NCBI RefSeq assembly: GCF_000143415.4 | Contig: NW_003314262.1 | Coordinates: 1,601,960-1,665,959, forward strand | DNA from: Selaginella moellendorffii | Lineage: Eukaryota; Plantae; Lycopodiophyta | Length of the DNA stretch: 64,000 bases | Direction: 5' to 3' | Shown: positions 51,040 through 63,174 of the stretch, in pieces | Layout: each line of letters begins with the position of its first letter | Position numbering within the stretch: position 1 is the first letter of the stretch | The notes under the pieces: generated by a model | What the model saw: the letters and a program-made list of their open reading frames with translations, nothing else | What the model was told of the DNA's origin: nothing | Databases searched by the model: none | Translations under genes and position numbers: made by a program

Positions 51040-54000
51040 CAGCACTGTCGATGCCATATTGAAGTCTTGATAGGGAAGAGGACATCGTCTCATATGCAGC
51101 TCCAGGGCAATATGTTTGAACATCAAACTAGCTGCTTTGAACAAAAAGAGTGCATCAATTATTATATTGAGGAAAAAAATAGGAAAACCTGAAGAGCACC
51201 TATATGCCATTTCTGCCTTGGCATCAGGAGCATCACCCATATGCTATTGCTGCCTTGGCATCAGGAGCATCACCCACGATGAGCAAATCATTAATGTAGA
51301 GAGCCATTATGAGCATGCTCCTTGCATGACCTCTAGCATCAAATTTTCTATACTAGATGCAAGATTTTTGTTTTAAACCATACAAAGCTTTCTGCAATTG
51401 CCATACAGCTCAACATCATATGCATGTTGATATCCTCTGGGTATCCCCATTCAAGAAGGCCATCTTGACATCCATATAGCAGCTGCAAGCGCAAAAAACA
51501 ATATGAAGGCTGGCAACTTGGGAAAATGTTTCATTATAGTTGCCATGAACAAGCAATCATGCCTTAAATTTCATACTTTTTGGAAAAAAATTATTTTGAT
51601 CCTAGTGGTGTAAAATCCACGTGCCATTAACCCGAATGGAAGCAACTTATTCCACACTGGCAAGGTGAGCTTTAGGACCAGAGACAATAGAGACAGCCTC
51701 ATCATAGGTCATGCGGATGTTGGCATCAACATGGCTGCAAAAGTCATCAAGCTCCACAACATATGTTTTAGCATTTTCCTGAACTTTCAATGAGGGCCAA
51801 CATTTCTGTAGGTGAATAATGGCAGCAGATTAGGCATGCCATGACGTTGATAAGCATTGGAGGCCTATCCTTGACTAGAGGAGCATTAACTAGTTTAAGG
51901 ATATCTACTTGTAGAGGATTTCCCAGAGGAGCTAATGGAGCTGGTGGCAAAACATGAATAGGAGCTAATGGCAGAGGTAAAACCAAGTTTGCTCCCACAA
52001 GTGGGATCAAAAGAACAAAGCAAGTCTCATCCAGAAAGAGCGAACTTCTAGAACATCGAAGTGTGCCAAACCCAGATGCCAAGAATTAGTGTATGCTTTT
52101 GCAGCAACAGCTAGCAAGCTTCGGGGCCATACAATTGCAAGCCTAATGCCCCATCTCCAAGCCAATTTTCTCAAGAGTGATGGAGATGGCATAGCATCTG
52201 AGGCTAATGAGGAGCTCTACAATGCAGAGGCAGTTGTGGCATTGAGTAGACTCTAGTTATATTATTCTTATGGGCAATAAAAAGATTGTTACCAGGTGAA
52301 CAATAGCAAACATAATGTTTAATTGGCAATGACACAACCATACATATGAAAGGCATTAGTCAATTTTAGCTCTTACTTAATCATGGGAGGACCATGGTAT
52401 TCTATGGTGTGTCTCTATCTCTATCTTGCTATGAAAAATGTAAACTGCTAAATTGTTAAACTGATAAACTTAATATCTGTTGTGACAAAGTGCAATAGTA
52501 ATCTTAAATGCCAAAGGAGTCTCCTGAATTGACTCTAGTGACTTTTCCGTTCTGTTTGTGTAGCTATTTCTTGGGCCATAAGGGATTTGTATGAGCTCAC
52601 TGCTGCTGATTCAATTCAAGCTTTCCAAACCATGGAAGTTGTACAATGCATGCTCAGTGATAAATTATGGTAGTGATGTTTGCCTAGAATGTAGAATTCA
52701 CAAAATATAAATGGGATATTCTAAAAATCCAAGTTAGTAACAATGACATGATCTTTCATATGCATATATCCAAGTCTACGTTTGGACTTGGCATCGACAT
52801 CCCAAGCCATGACATTTGATCACCTTTATTGATGATTATAGCCACTAGACATGTATCCACTTCTTGGTGTAAGATTTTGCCTTTTGAACATATAAGGGAT
52901 ATATTGAGGCAAGATTGAAAGTTGATAGAGGTGGCAAATACTTCAACAAAGAGTTTCAAGGCATCTGTTGTGATGCAAGCATCCAGCTTCAAGCTACAGC
53001 CTACTACATATGCATTTTGGACAAAAGATTGATCCCAAAAGTAAAAAATACGTCTTCATTAGATATGCACAAAATGATGCCATCGGTAAAGTAAAGTTTA
53101 CAGGCGCTTGTAAGCACAAATATCATGTTTAATGAAGACAAGTTTCTTATGCACATCTTGGCATCACTTTGGAGCCTTGGAAGCATACATAGCCTGAGGC
53201 AACTTAGCATAGCTTCAATGTTGCAAAGGCTCCTCACAGCATCTGCCCAAAGTCATCCCTGGCTGAAGAAGCAAGCTTTCCACAGCACTCTTCCAGCTAC
53301 TCAGTAAGGATCTGTAGAGCCGCAGCCTCTGCTGCTCGTCCATGAGGGCATGATTTGCTCCAGTTGCAAGCTGAGTGAAGAAGCCATGAAGTTGCTGTGT
53401 GCTTCCATTCTCTTCCGACCTCAGTGAATTCATCTGTGAGTGGATGTTAAAGACATCCATCTCATTCAGCCACTTTCAAAGTGCTGCAGCCGTGGACATG
53501 GGGATTGATGGGGCAGCAAGGAGCACATTCGAGGAGAGACACATTGTGATACTGCCCCTAGCCTTGGAGTCCCGAAGAGTCCAATCACGAACATTTGCAG
53601 CATTTGCACTCAGTGCTAGCAGTGGCTCTGTCCCATCTACAATGCCAAACAAACCGTGGAAAGGAGATAGGCTTCAAAAACCTTCTCCATCGAACTCACA
53701 AATGGCTGGCTTCCTTTCCATGGCGCTAACCGAGCTCCAATACCATGACACAAACTGGGATTGCAAAACCGGAAGCCCGAACTATGTAGCCTTCCTCCTT
53801 TCAACAAATGAAGTCCAAGCGTCCTGGATACTGTACCTTAGATCTCTTCGGAAGAAATCTGCCAGAAGCCTTTAGAATTCTCTTCAGCAATTCAAACGTA
53901 CTTGCCTTGTTGATGATATAGATGGAGTTTGGGCCTCGCCGTCACCGCCCCTGAAAATTTTTCCTGCTACACATTTTCAGACACTGGGCATTGTATGCTA

Positions 54001-54136
54001 CTGACCTGGGATTGGATAGGTGCGTGCATCTTTTCCGGCAAATCCTTGCGAGCGAGAGTTTGCAGAAACAAACCAGTAACTCTTGGAGGGCTCGTCACTC
54101 GCTTGCAATCAGTCAAGCACGTCTGTTAGAGTGTCA
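51040..54136 (-). mobile_element. Ty1/copia retrotransposon remnant with one probable LTR (53746-54136)
   Basis: LTR TGACAC...GTGTCA; adjacent PBS TGGTATTGGAGC on the minus strand (53734-53745). gag GIVDGTEP...WTLRDSKARGSI; RT relic MDVKMAFLNGD (~51445-51476). Second LTR not recognised. Confidence 0.8.
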
Positions 54137-55287
54137 AGGCGAAGGTCCGCGCCAGTTGATTTCCTTTCGCTTTGAAAGTAGACCTTTTGGCTGCGATTGA
54201 GGTTGCAAGAGCTTGCTTCTAAACACTATAATTGTACAAATAGTGCCAAAATAATCACAAAATTGGATGAATCTTTTTCTTTCGAACATGGAGAATTTTG
54301 CTTGGAGTTGGAGCCGCTTCCTTGTTGCTTGGGAGAAGAGCTCTATAAATAGTTTGTTTGCCAGTTTGGAATAGAACTCCCTTGGCTAGATAATCGCTCC
54401 CGGCAGGAATAGTTCTTCCCTTGAATGAAGCTATTTCTTTTCCGCACGCGCATTGGAGCAATTCGCACACCAGAAGTTTCAAGAATCTACGTTTCTCTCA
54501 TGATTTCCTTTTAAACACACATTCCATTCTCAGTAGCCAAAAGAGAAGAGGAATCTTGAGACCATCCTGCTTCAGCGGAGCCAAAGAAACCAAGGCAGCG
54601 TGATGTCACGCTGCCTTGGCCGCTTTGGCTGTTCACCAACAGTAGCAACCAAAAACAACGGAGCGTCCTGCTCATGATCATGATCATGAGAGCAAGATGC
54701 TCCATCTGATCACCGCTGTTTTTCGTTGGGAAGAGGAGATCTTCCCTCCAGAAAGAAAATCACTGCTGAATTTTTAAGATCTCCTTTTCCCAAACAAAAC
54801 TAGAGGTACTGCACTTGTTGTGATGGCAGTGGTGGCGTTGGTGGCGTTGGTGGCGTTGGTGGCGATGGCAGTGCTGTTCAAAAACCTGGCATTCAGGTTT
54901 TTGAACAAAGATGTTCATGGTTTTGAACACCACCGCCATCGCCAGTGTAAACAAACAAGACAAACGAAATGGCGAGCAGGATGGGCATGGAACGAGCACT
55001 AGAAAGCAAGACCAGGGAAAAAAAATATGGAACCAGCGAGAGCACTCAACCAGGGAGAAAAGGAGAGCACTCAGCGAGGTAGGACGGACACAAGCTCAGA
55101 TCCTTCCATGGCTCCCGCGTGTTCATATTCCTTTCAAGTCCGTGTGAGATGTGTGTGGGAGACAACGAGAATTGGAGTCTGCTGGGAGGGAAATAATGCA
55201 AGAATGCATTCAAGGAGTTTTCGAATTGTTGATCGTTGCAAGATATTCCAAGGGAGGAATTTCGTTTCTCTGACTAAGAATTTAGAT

Positions 55288-57013
55288 TTACATGATTTGC
55301 ATTCTCCTCCAATTCCCGGTGAGGGGTTGGATCTGCTGGAGTTTATCAAACATGCCAAGGAGGCCTCCGGTGTGAATGAACAGCACCTTCTTCCCTGTCC
55401 AATACTTGGCATCGCACACCATGTCTTTAACCATGCCATGCAATGCTTTCCCACTGAGAAACACACAAAGAAACGAAGAGATTTCTAGTTAGAGAACACT
55501 TGGTGAGAAAACTTCTCTCCTCACCTATAAACTGGATCCAGAATTACGCCAGTGGCCTCCGAGATCTCTTTCACCAGCTCAAGCTCTCCTGTACTACTCA
55601 GTGCGTATCCCAGTCCTTTGGCCTGATCAAGTTCTTACAGTGTTAGCTCCTCCAATCCTTCCATCAACAAGCAGCAAACTTACATCAACCAGCCTGACAA
55701 TGTCTCGAGAGTCCACTTGCGCATGTAAACCATCCAGAAGTCCCTGGATGTAATCGTAGAAATAATCCGGGCTGTCACAGACGGTGTAACCATGAACCTG
55801 TCCAAAACCTCTTCATTGTTTAGATACCGATACAAAGAACAAAAACAAAACCTTGGACTTGATCATGCTGAGATGGTTTCCAAGAGCCAGTCCTGCTGTA
55901 GTTCCACCACTATGAAAAGAGAATCCATAAACAACTACATCAGCTACATGAAAAGAGGAAAAGTATGAACTAACCTTCCGCATGCCATGACAATCTCGTC
56001 AAAACGGGGACACGTCCCAGCCTCTATTTGCTGCTCAATCTCCTGTGCAGCGGAAATATAGCCCCTAACAAGCAAGCTCAGAAAACAAAGAAGAAAGAAA
56101 CTCTGAGATACTAACCAGGTTCCAAGAGAATTGGAGCCACCAACAGGGATGAGATAAGGCTTTCTTCCTTGGGCTCTTAGTTTTTCTACGAGCATGTCTC
56201 CAAGGGCCTGCAAAACAAGCGAAAAACTTGATTACAAAACGCAATCGAACTCTGGGAAACGAAGCAATACCTCACTACCGTGCTTCGTGTACTCTTCTTT
56301 CGAGACGAGCTCCACATGAGCTCCCACGAGTCGCTCTACAAGTAAGTTACCAACAAGTCCAGGATCTTCATTCACCAGACTCTACACAAAAAATAAGAAG
56401 AAAGGTTGAAAAGAAAAAAAGAAAAGAAAAGAAGAAGACACACCTTGCTTGTTCTAAGGATGAGATAGCAGTCGAGATCCAGATAGCGAGCAGCAACAGC
56501 GGTGGCTCTACAATGGTTGCTTTGGATTCCACCGATGGTTATCACGCAATCGGCACCTTGTAACTTTGCTTCTGCCAGGAGAAATTCCAGCTTTCTCACC
56601 TTGTTCCCGCTCAGCTGCATTCCAGTGAGATCATCTCTCTGCGATCGAATGAAAAAAAAATTAAAAATCTGAGACACAAGAAGAATAACACACACACGCA
56701 CACACACACAACCTTGATCCAGACTTGGGTATCAGCGGGCAAATTCGGCAAATCCCAGCGATGGATTGGCGATGGAAGCTGCATGAGCAAAATGTAGGCC
56801 ATCAACGAAGAAAGAATGGAGAATTGAGCATACCTGTGCGAGACAGTAGATGCTGCTCGGCGCTGGATTCAAGTGTTTGGCCCAATCCGGAGGAGAAAAT
56901 GCGCCTTTCGAGAGCATCGGAGGCCTCGTCTTCTCGTCGATCGAAGCTCGCGCCATGGGACGAGAGGCGGTACACGGAGAGATCGAGGAGAAAAAAACTA
57001 GGCCGCTGGCCAT
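55288..57013 (-). CDS. DCD: D-cysteine desulfhydrase / ACC-deaminase-like PLP enzyme, multi-exon
   Basis: [93 protein letters not shown]. Confidence 0.94.
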
Positions 57014-57069
57014 AAACCCTAGAAGAGCATCCACGTGGACACCCAAAGCGCGACGTGTACGAAGGAATG

Positions 57070-57116
57070 ACTTGGCCCTAAACCTTAAACCCCAAAACCC
57101 AAACCCTAGACCCTAG
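57070..57116. promoter_or_regulatory. Cluster of degenerate telo-box-like (AAACCCTA) motifs upstream of DCD
   Basis: CCCTAAACCTTAAACCCCAAAACCCAAACCCTAGACCCTAG lies ~60-100 bp upstream of the ATG; a further AAACCCTA abuts the ATG. Confidence 0.45.
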
Positions 57117-57330
57117 CCGTACAAAGGCTCCGTTTTTATCTCTATAAAAAAGTTTTACATTTTCCAAATGTACAGGCCGCAAGTATCAGTAAGAGCAAAT
57201 GATCAAAAACATGGAGAGAAAATTTTCCCGTCTAGTACCGTACGAAACGTTGATCAATGGTTCTCTATCGAGAGCTTCTCACGCCTTCTTAAGCTTTGTC
57301 CGGAAAGACAAAATCCTCTTGCCGCTTGAC

Positions 57331-59527
57331 TCACGCCTTCTTAAGGTTCGTCCGGCACAAAATTCTCTTCCCGTATGGGCTGCTGCGCAGTGCTGGCAGA
57401 TGCGGACGTATAGCTTCCACCAAGCTCGCGTGCAAAGCTCCCTGGATTTGGAATACCACAAGTGTAAGTTCCCAGAGCTAGAACAAATCGAACAAACTTT
57501 GAAACTTTGGCGTACCTTCGTGACTGTAAGCGCGCACTGGATCACGTAGTTTGCAAAGGGATCCTGCAGCAGCTGCCCCAGGAACGCACTCTTGGTTAGC
57601 TCGTGTATGATTCGCGCACGCTTGTCATCCGCCCCTTGCTTCAGGCACTTCTCTACAACGTTACTGCTAAACTTTTGCATCGCGAGGTGCGCGTGGTGCC
57701 CCTCCAGCTGGGCCATCACCTCCGGAGCTATCCACGGCGCCTCGTCCAAGATGTATTGCACAACATAATTACTGCACCAACAAAGCGTCACTGAGGCTCG
57801 AAAGAAAGGAAGGCCATTGCATACCCGTATTGATCCTGCGAAAGCACTAGCGCGTTGGCGGCTATTTCTCCAACCAAGCGCTCCTTTTGTACACCTTTTG
57901 AAAAATCCACACACCGCTGAAGAACACAGCACCCGTGCCTGTGGGTTCCAACTTCGACACAGTGCTGCGCCGCGGCATCAAAAATGAACTGCATGCCAGA
58001 GTTTCCACTTTAGTAAGTTAGAGGCGAGACAATCCAAAAGCTCTAACCTGGTTCTCCTCGTTCCCAAGGCGCTGGAGGCAGCGCTGGACTACGTGGTTAC
58101 CATTCAAGTCCTTGATAAGAATTACTATCCCTTGCTCGAGCGAGGAGGTGATCATAGAAACCTGTTCAGGGGACTTCAACGTCTCAATTAGCTTCTGTAC
58201 AGCTCGGGTGCTGCAAGGAAGAAAGCCTCTAGTGAGCGATAAGAAAAAAAAAACAAGCGTACCCGTGCATGTTCAAGGAGATCGAAATCAACTCGTCTCC
58301 AGAGCACACGACACGTAAAATCTCGAGTCGCTGGTCCTCGGTGCAAACTTCCAGGAGCTTCTGCACGAGATAGTTACCGAATGGATCGGTCATTAAATCG
58401 ACAATGTGGTCGATTATCTCCTCGAAGATCTTCTGCAAGTCTTCTGCAACGCCCTCGTCAAACCTCCGCTGGAGAAATCGACAACCGTACTGATCTTTGG
58501 CAATAGAATAAATACGCCCCTCTACCTCCTTCAGCGACGAGTATCTAAGCGCCTGCTCGTTGGAGCTCCCTAGCTGCAGCTGCTGCAAATCATGATACAA
58601 TAACGATTTCGACGAGCCGTAAAACCCGTCCTCGTCGGCGTCCTCGTTCTCTAAACCAGTGGCATAAACATAACCGCCATTGCTCTGCTTCTTTCTTGTT
58701 CTTGATACCGACGACTTGCCTGCTCGCGAAGGATACTTGTCAGCTCGGTTCCCCGTTACAGGCGCTTGAATGTGCAAATACGGGCACTGATCTCCTCGGC
58801 TGCAATAACCTTGGGCATAGTAGCGGCAAATGGAGTCTATATGACCTTGAGAAGTTGGCTGCCGATGGTACACGTCCCTGTTAACCGCCGAAGGTTGAAG
58901 TTGACGTCCAGCCCGATATGGAGCAACCGCGGCCGCCAGCAACGCCTGAGTTTGCAAACCATAGAGGTGAGCTGCTCGGTCGTGGATTTGCTGCTGCAAG
59001 ATGTGTTGTTGTAGCCTCCGCTGCCGCTCCTCCTCTAGCTCACGTTGGAAGAGAAAGACCTGCTGCTTCTGCGCTTGCAGTATCCTGTCCTGCTGCAGAG
59101 ATCGCAAATAGTCGTAGTACTCGGTCGCAGACCGCTGAGAGTGGCGATACAAGCCATTGTCCACGTAACCACCGGTAAACTTCGCGGGATCATTCGGAGG
59201 CAGCTGGACCAAGTTTCCCGTCTCGTCTTGCGGAAAGGCGCTGTCGTGACTGGTTGTTGTACACGAGCCCCTGTTAACGCTCTTGCTGTTGCTCAGCCCA
59301 AAACCAAACGCATCAAATGCGGCCCGTGGGGGCGTAAACGTTGTGAACCCCTCCGGGTACATACCAGAAGAATTGCTGTCTGTCTCCGAGCTGGTCAAGC
59401 CATCCTCCTGCTGCTGAGCAATAGTACTGTCCCGACCCGGCCGGAATTCATCAAGATGCGGAGGCGCCGAGGTAGCCCGAGGGATTTCACCTAAGAGTTG
59501 ATCAATATCTTCGTCGTCCTGACCCAT
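57331..59527 (-). CDS. Pumilio/PUF RNA-binding protein (APUM7-11-like) with a CCCH zinc finger
   Basis: Eight PUF repeats (DQYGCRFLQ, DPFGNYLVQ, NMHGTRAVQ, DLNGNHVVQ, HRHGCCVLQ, DQYGNYVVQ, QKFSSNVVE, DPFANYVIQ) ending SSPYGKRIL. CRYYAQGYCSRGDQCPYLH in exon 1. Confidence 0.93.
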
Positions 59528-61303
59528 GGCGCTGCTCGCTCGACTGCTCTAAACTGCTACGAAACTTGGCTCCAACACACATGGCACTTCATCTGAAAGC
59601 CATAGCGAAGGCGCTTCTGATCATTGAAACAAAACATTGGAATGAGAAGGGATTTTTTTACTGACCAGTCAGCTCCAAGGTCAGCCTCCTTGTCAATAGA
59701 AGGGAACCGCATAACCACGAAAGCTGTAGCAAACCAAGCGTCAAAATTACGCGTAAGGTACCAACATTATGCTCTGGAACATGACCCTGGAGAGACAAAA
59801 AAGAAGAAAAATTGCGATCTCTCCAGGCAAACCATGACAAAGTCAAATTCTTTCCCCCACGGATCCAGGAATGCAAGGGGATCGATCGATATGCCAAGCA
59901 ATCCGTGCACCGAAACAGGGCAAAGAAGCGCGATCGATTGCACATTACCGAAATACCGACCTCGACGCGATGAATCGCGAATCAGGAGCGCCGATTTCCC
60001 CTCTCCGCGCGGCGCCTGGCCGGAATTCACCAAAGATCGAATCGGGAAAAAGAGGCAATATTACCAGTACATGATCACGGAAATGGGGCCGGCGATTCAA
60101 GGCGCCTCGGATCGATCAATCCGGGCGGCGCCGCGCATCACCTCGGAGCTCCCGACGCGATCCATTGCGTGCCGCGCAGCGCCGGGCGATCGGTGGAGAC
60201 GAGCCGCGAGATCGCCGAGGCCGGAGGCGCCGATCTTTGCCGCTGGTTCTTGAGCCGCGGCGGCTGTGCCGAAACACACTAACACACAACGAAGAATGAA
60301 TGGGGGAAGAAAAAAAATGGATGAATGAATGGAGAAGGCGATTCGCGAATAGAGGAAAAAGAGAAGGGGAGTCCACACTTCACAGCCCGTCAAAAAGCTT
60401 TCTTACATGGGCGATTTACCAGTTTCTTTAGCCCAAAGAAACTCTAATAATAACCCGGGTGCCGCAATTAAAATGCAAGGGGCAAGGGCGTCATTGAGGG
60501 GTACGGAAGGGTAAAAAAGGGAATTTAGGGCGAAGGAACATCAGTCATGTCACGCGGGGTGGATCCTCATGGGAAGCCGAGCATGACGTGGCGTGATCGT
60601 CACGGTGCGATCTAGCGCCGGCCGCGCCGCCACGTGGCGGCTTACCCCGCCGCCAGGATCGGACGGATCGCCGATTTCCACCTAATTCAAAAAGAAAGGC
60701 GGTGTGCTGCAGCTTCAACGAACCATAGGTCCCCAACACGTGAAGCTGTGGAATTTAGGGCAATCGAGCTCACGCTATATCGATTTTTTAATGTGCTGCT
60801 GCTGCCCACCACCTTTTGTTTGATCTTTGATCTTTGGTTTTATTTATAGTGTGGTGCTGCTTATGTCACGCCGAATATCTGGTTGATGGCGTCGTTTGGC
60901 CCGATTGCCTTGTGTTGTGTGTGTGTGTGTGAGGAGGAGCACGGAATATACCGAGATAGTATTTTTAATCGTAGCATCGTACGTAGCACGGGTATTGGAT
61001 GGATTTGGTAGATTCTTTTGTTTGCAACACAAAGTTGGTGTTACCCAGCGGGACACATTTGTCAATGTGCTTGTAAGACACTAGTGGTCTACTTTCCCCA
61101 AGGTTTCACACTTAAGGTTTCATCCTAGCCCCACATTTTAGGGCTTTCCACGTGTCGTGCTAGAACGATCGCACCACGTCGGTGGGACACGCGTCCAGTT
61201 TTTCACACTTGGAGGACTGATCGCAGTTTAGGGCGCTTGAGAAGGGGAAGAGGGAGCTGCCGCTGTTTGTGCTGCTTGCGCCTCAATCGCTTCGATTTTG
61301 GGG

Positions 61304-63026
61304 ATGGAGGATAAGAATGTGGGTGTGAATCCTTGCGGGGGCAGCAATGCCGCCAGTATGATCGCCGAGAAGAAAGAAGGCGCGCAACAAGATTCTCCCT
61401 CGACGCTGCGCGATGTTGCCGAGGGAGGGCTTTCGGGTCAGCAGCAAGCTCTTAAAACTTCGTCCAAGGCATATGATCCATACACAGGTATACATCATTC
61501 TCGGAAAGGAAAGCGCGTTTAACTTTGGCAAAAGGATTTTGTTTCTCTTCTTATCAGGAGTGCTGGTTGATTCTCAGGTTGGAATGGTGACTTCTCTAGA
61601 TGAAAGTCTCGAAGGAGTAGATCCAAAACAGAAAGAGCAGGGTGGTAAATTATTTTTGTTCTATCTCCACATCTTGAAAAACCGCCTATGTTCAGATAAA
61701 GCAGCGCAGCGCTTAGAGAAGTTGGAAGATCCGTCCTGCGATGACAGTAGAATGAGCGCCCGGATTAAAGTTCATGGCTCTGCCACCAGTCCGTTTGCTG
61801 GTAAGGACAACGTAAACCGATTGATCGAGCTTGTTCTAAAGTGTTTTGACAATTTTTCAGCTCAAAACGATGGATCGGAACCCGCAACTGATATAAGGTC
61901 ACAGTGACGATGTTTCATTCTCGTGTTTGCTGTCAATGTCTGTATTTTCTAGTTCTGCTTTTGTTGCCTGGTATGTTCTCGTGTAAAAAAGAAAGCTTTT
62001 TCTTTCGAATTTTCAAGTCTGTGCTTGATGTAAGCTGCAAATCTCGTCCAGGTATAGTTTAAGGCTAAGCTTCCGAGTTCCTCTACTTAACTTTTTCTTT
62101 TAACTTTCTTTCATTGTTTTCTCTTTTTGTAGATCTTTGCCAGTCTCAGCAGCGACAATGAGCATGCTGCAGAGAGTTGTGACAGCAGGTCTCACTGAAA
62201 CCGCCGATCTCTCGCTGAAGGACATGGCTGCTTGCGCATTTGGAGTGGTCGATAGCCACACGGAGGCGATCGTAAGCACTGTTCCTCCTTGTACTCCAGG
62301 TAATAAATTCTTTGTGAGTTCGTGCGTTTTAAGAACTGACACACTTCGATTTTTAAAGGCCGAGCGAACAACTCCGGGATGGTTCCTGGCGCCGATATAA
62401 CGGAGCTCCCTACAACCTCGACATTGTTAAAGAAGACGCATATCATCCCAGACTTGCTAGACAGGTTCTTTTCTTTGTGTTAAACGCTCAAGCTAGTGCT
62501 CTTTCTTACGTACTTTATTTGTTTATTCAGTGTGGAGGAGAATGGATTTTTTCTGGAGATAGCCTTCGGCAACTTCCAGGTTTTTAATGGAATTATCATC
62601 GACCGAGAAGTAATGCACGGACCACCGTCCGTAAGAGTGGTAGAAAGATCTGGTGGATCGAATTCCAGGCCAAGCTTGTTCTTGCTGCTACTCGTGGAGC
62701 TCGAAGCCGGTGGAGAAGATTACTTGCAGTGGATGGTCTTGAAATCTCTTCAAACTGGTATTACTTCAAAAACTCTTTTGCAGAGTTCTCACTTTGGAAT
62801 TGTCTTTCCAGGCTTTGAACACGAAGAAATCCTCGAGTATCGTCAAATGCCGTCCATCTCCAAAGGGAGGCACAAGCACGTCTTCCTTCTCTTCGACACA
62901 GAGGCATGGATGCGGGAAACGGACGCCCCGGATCGCGGGAGGTTCGACGTCCACGATTTTGTCACGCGTCACGAATTTGGGGCGGCAGTCGCCGCCGTTT
63001 ACTTCGAATCTGAGACAGTCTGTTAG
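61304..63026 (+). CDS. Divergent PEBP-family (FT/TFL1/MFT fold) protein with ~215-aa low-complexity N-terminal extension, 375 aa, 8 exons
   Basis: Exons 61304-61487, 61558-61644, 61696-61800, 61861-61897, 62133-62299, 62359-62464, 62531-62757 and 62812-63026 splice in phase (1128 nt). PEBP motifs IIPDLLD, QVFNG, PPSVRV, YLQWMV, EILEY, GRHKHVFLLF, RGRFDVHDF, VAAVYF. Confidence 0.75.
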
Positions 63027-63174
63027 AAACCAGGCTGCCACGTGGCAAGCGGTTGCAAAGTGCCGCGGCCCGGGAATTCGCTACTGGCCGTTGGATCAAT
63101 CTGGGCCTCAACGGCCAGCATTTTGTTTGGTGTTCTTGGTTCTAGGGTGAAATATTTTCGTGTATCTCCTCGCG

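Noticed and set aside
59624-60393. 209-aa ORF and neighbouring ORFs upstream of Pumilio
   Set aside because: No domain similarity; better explained as the GC-rich 5' UTR/intron region of the Pumilio gene.
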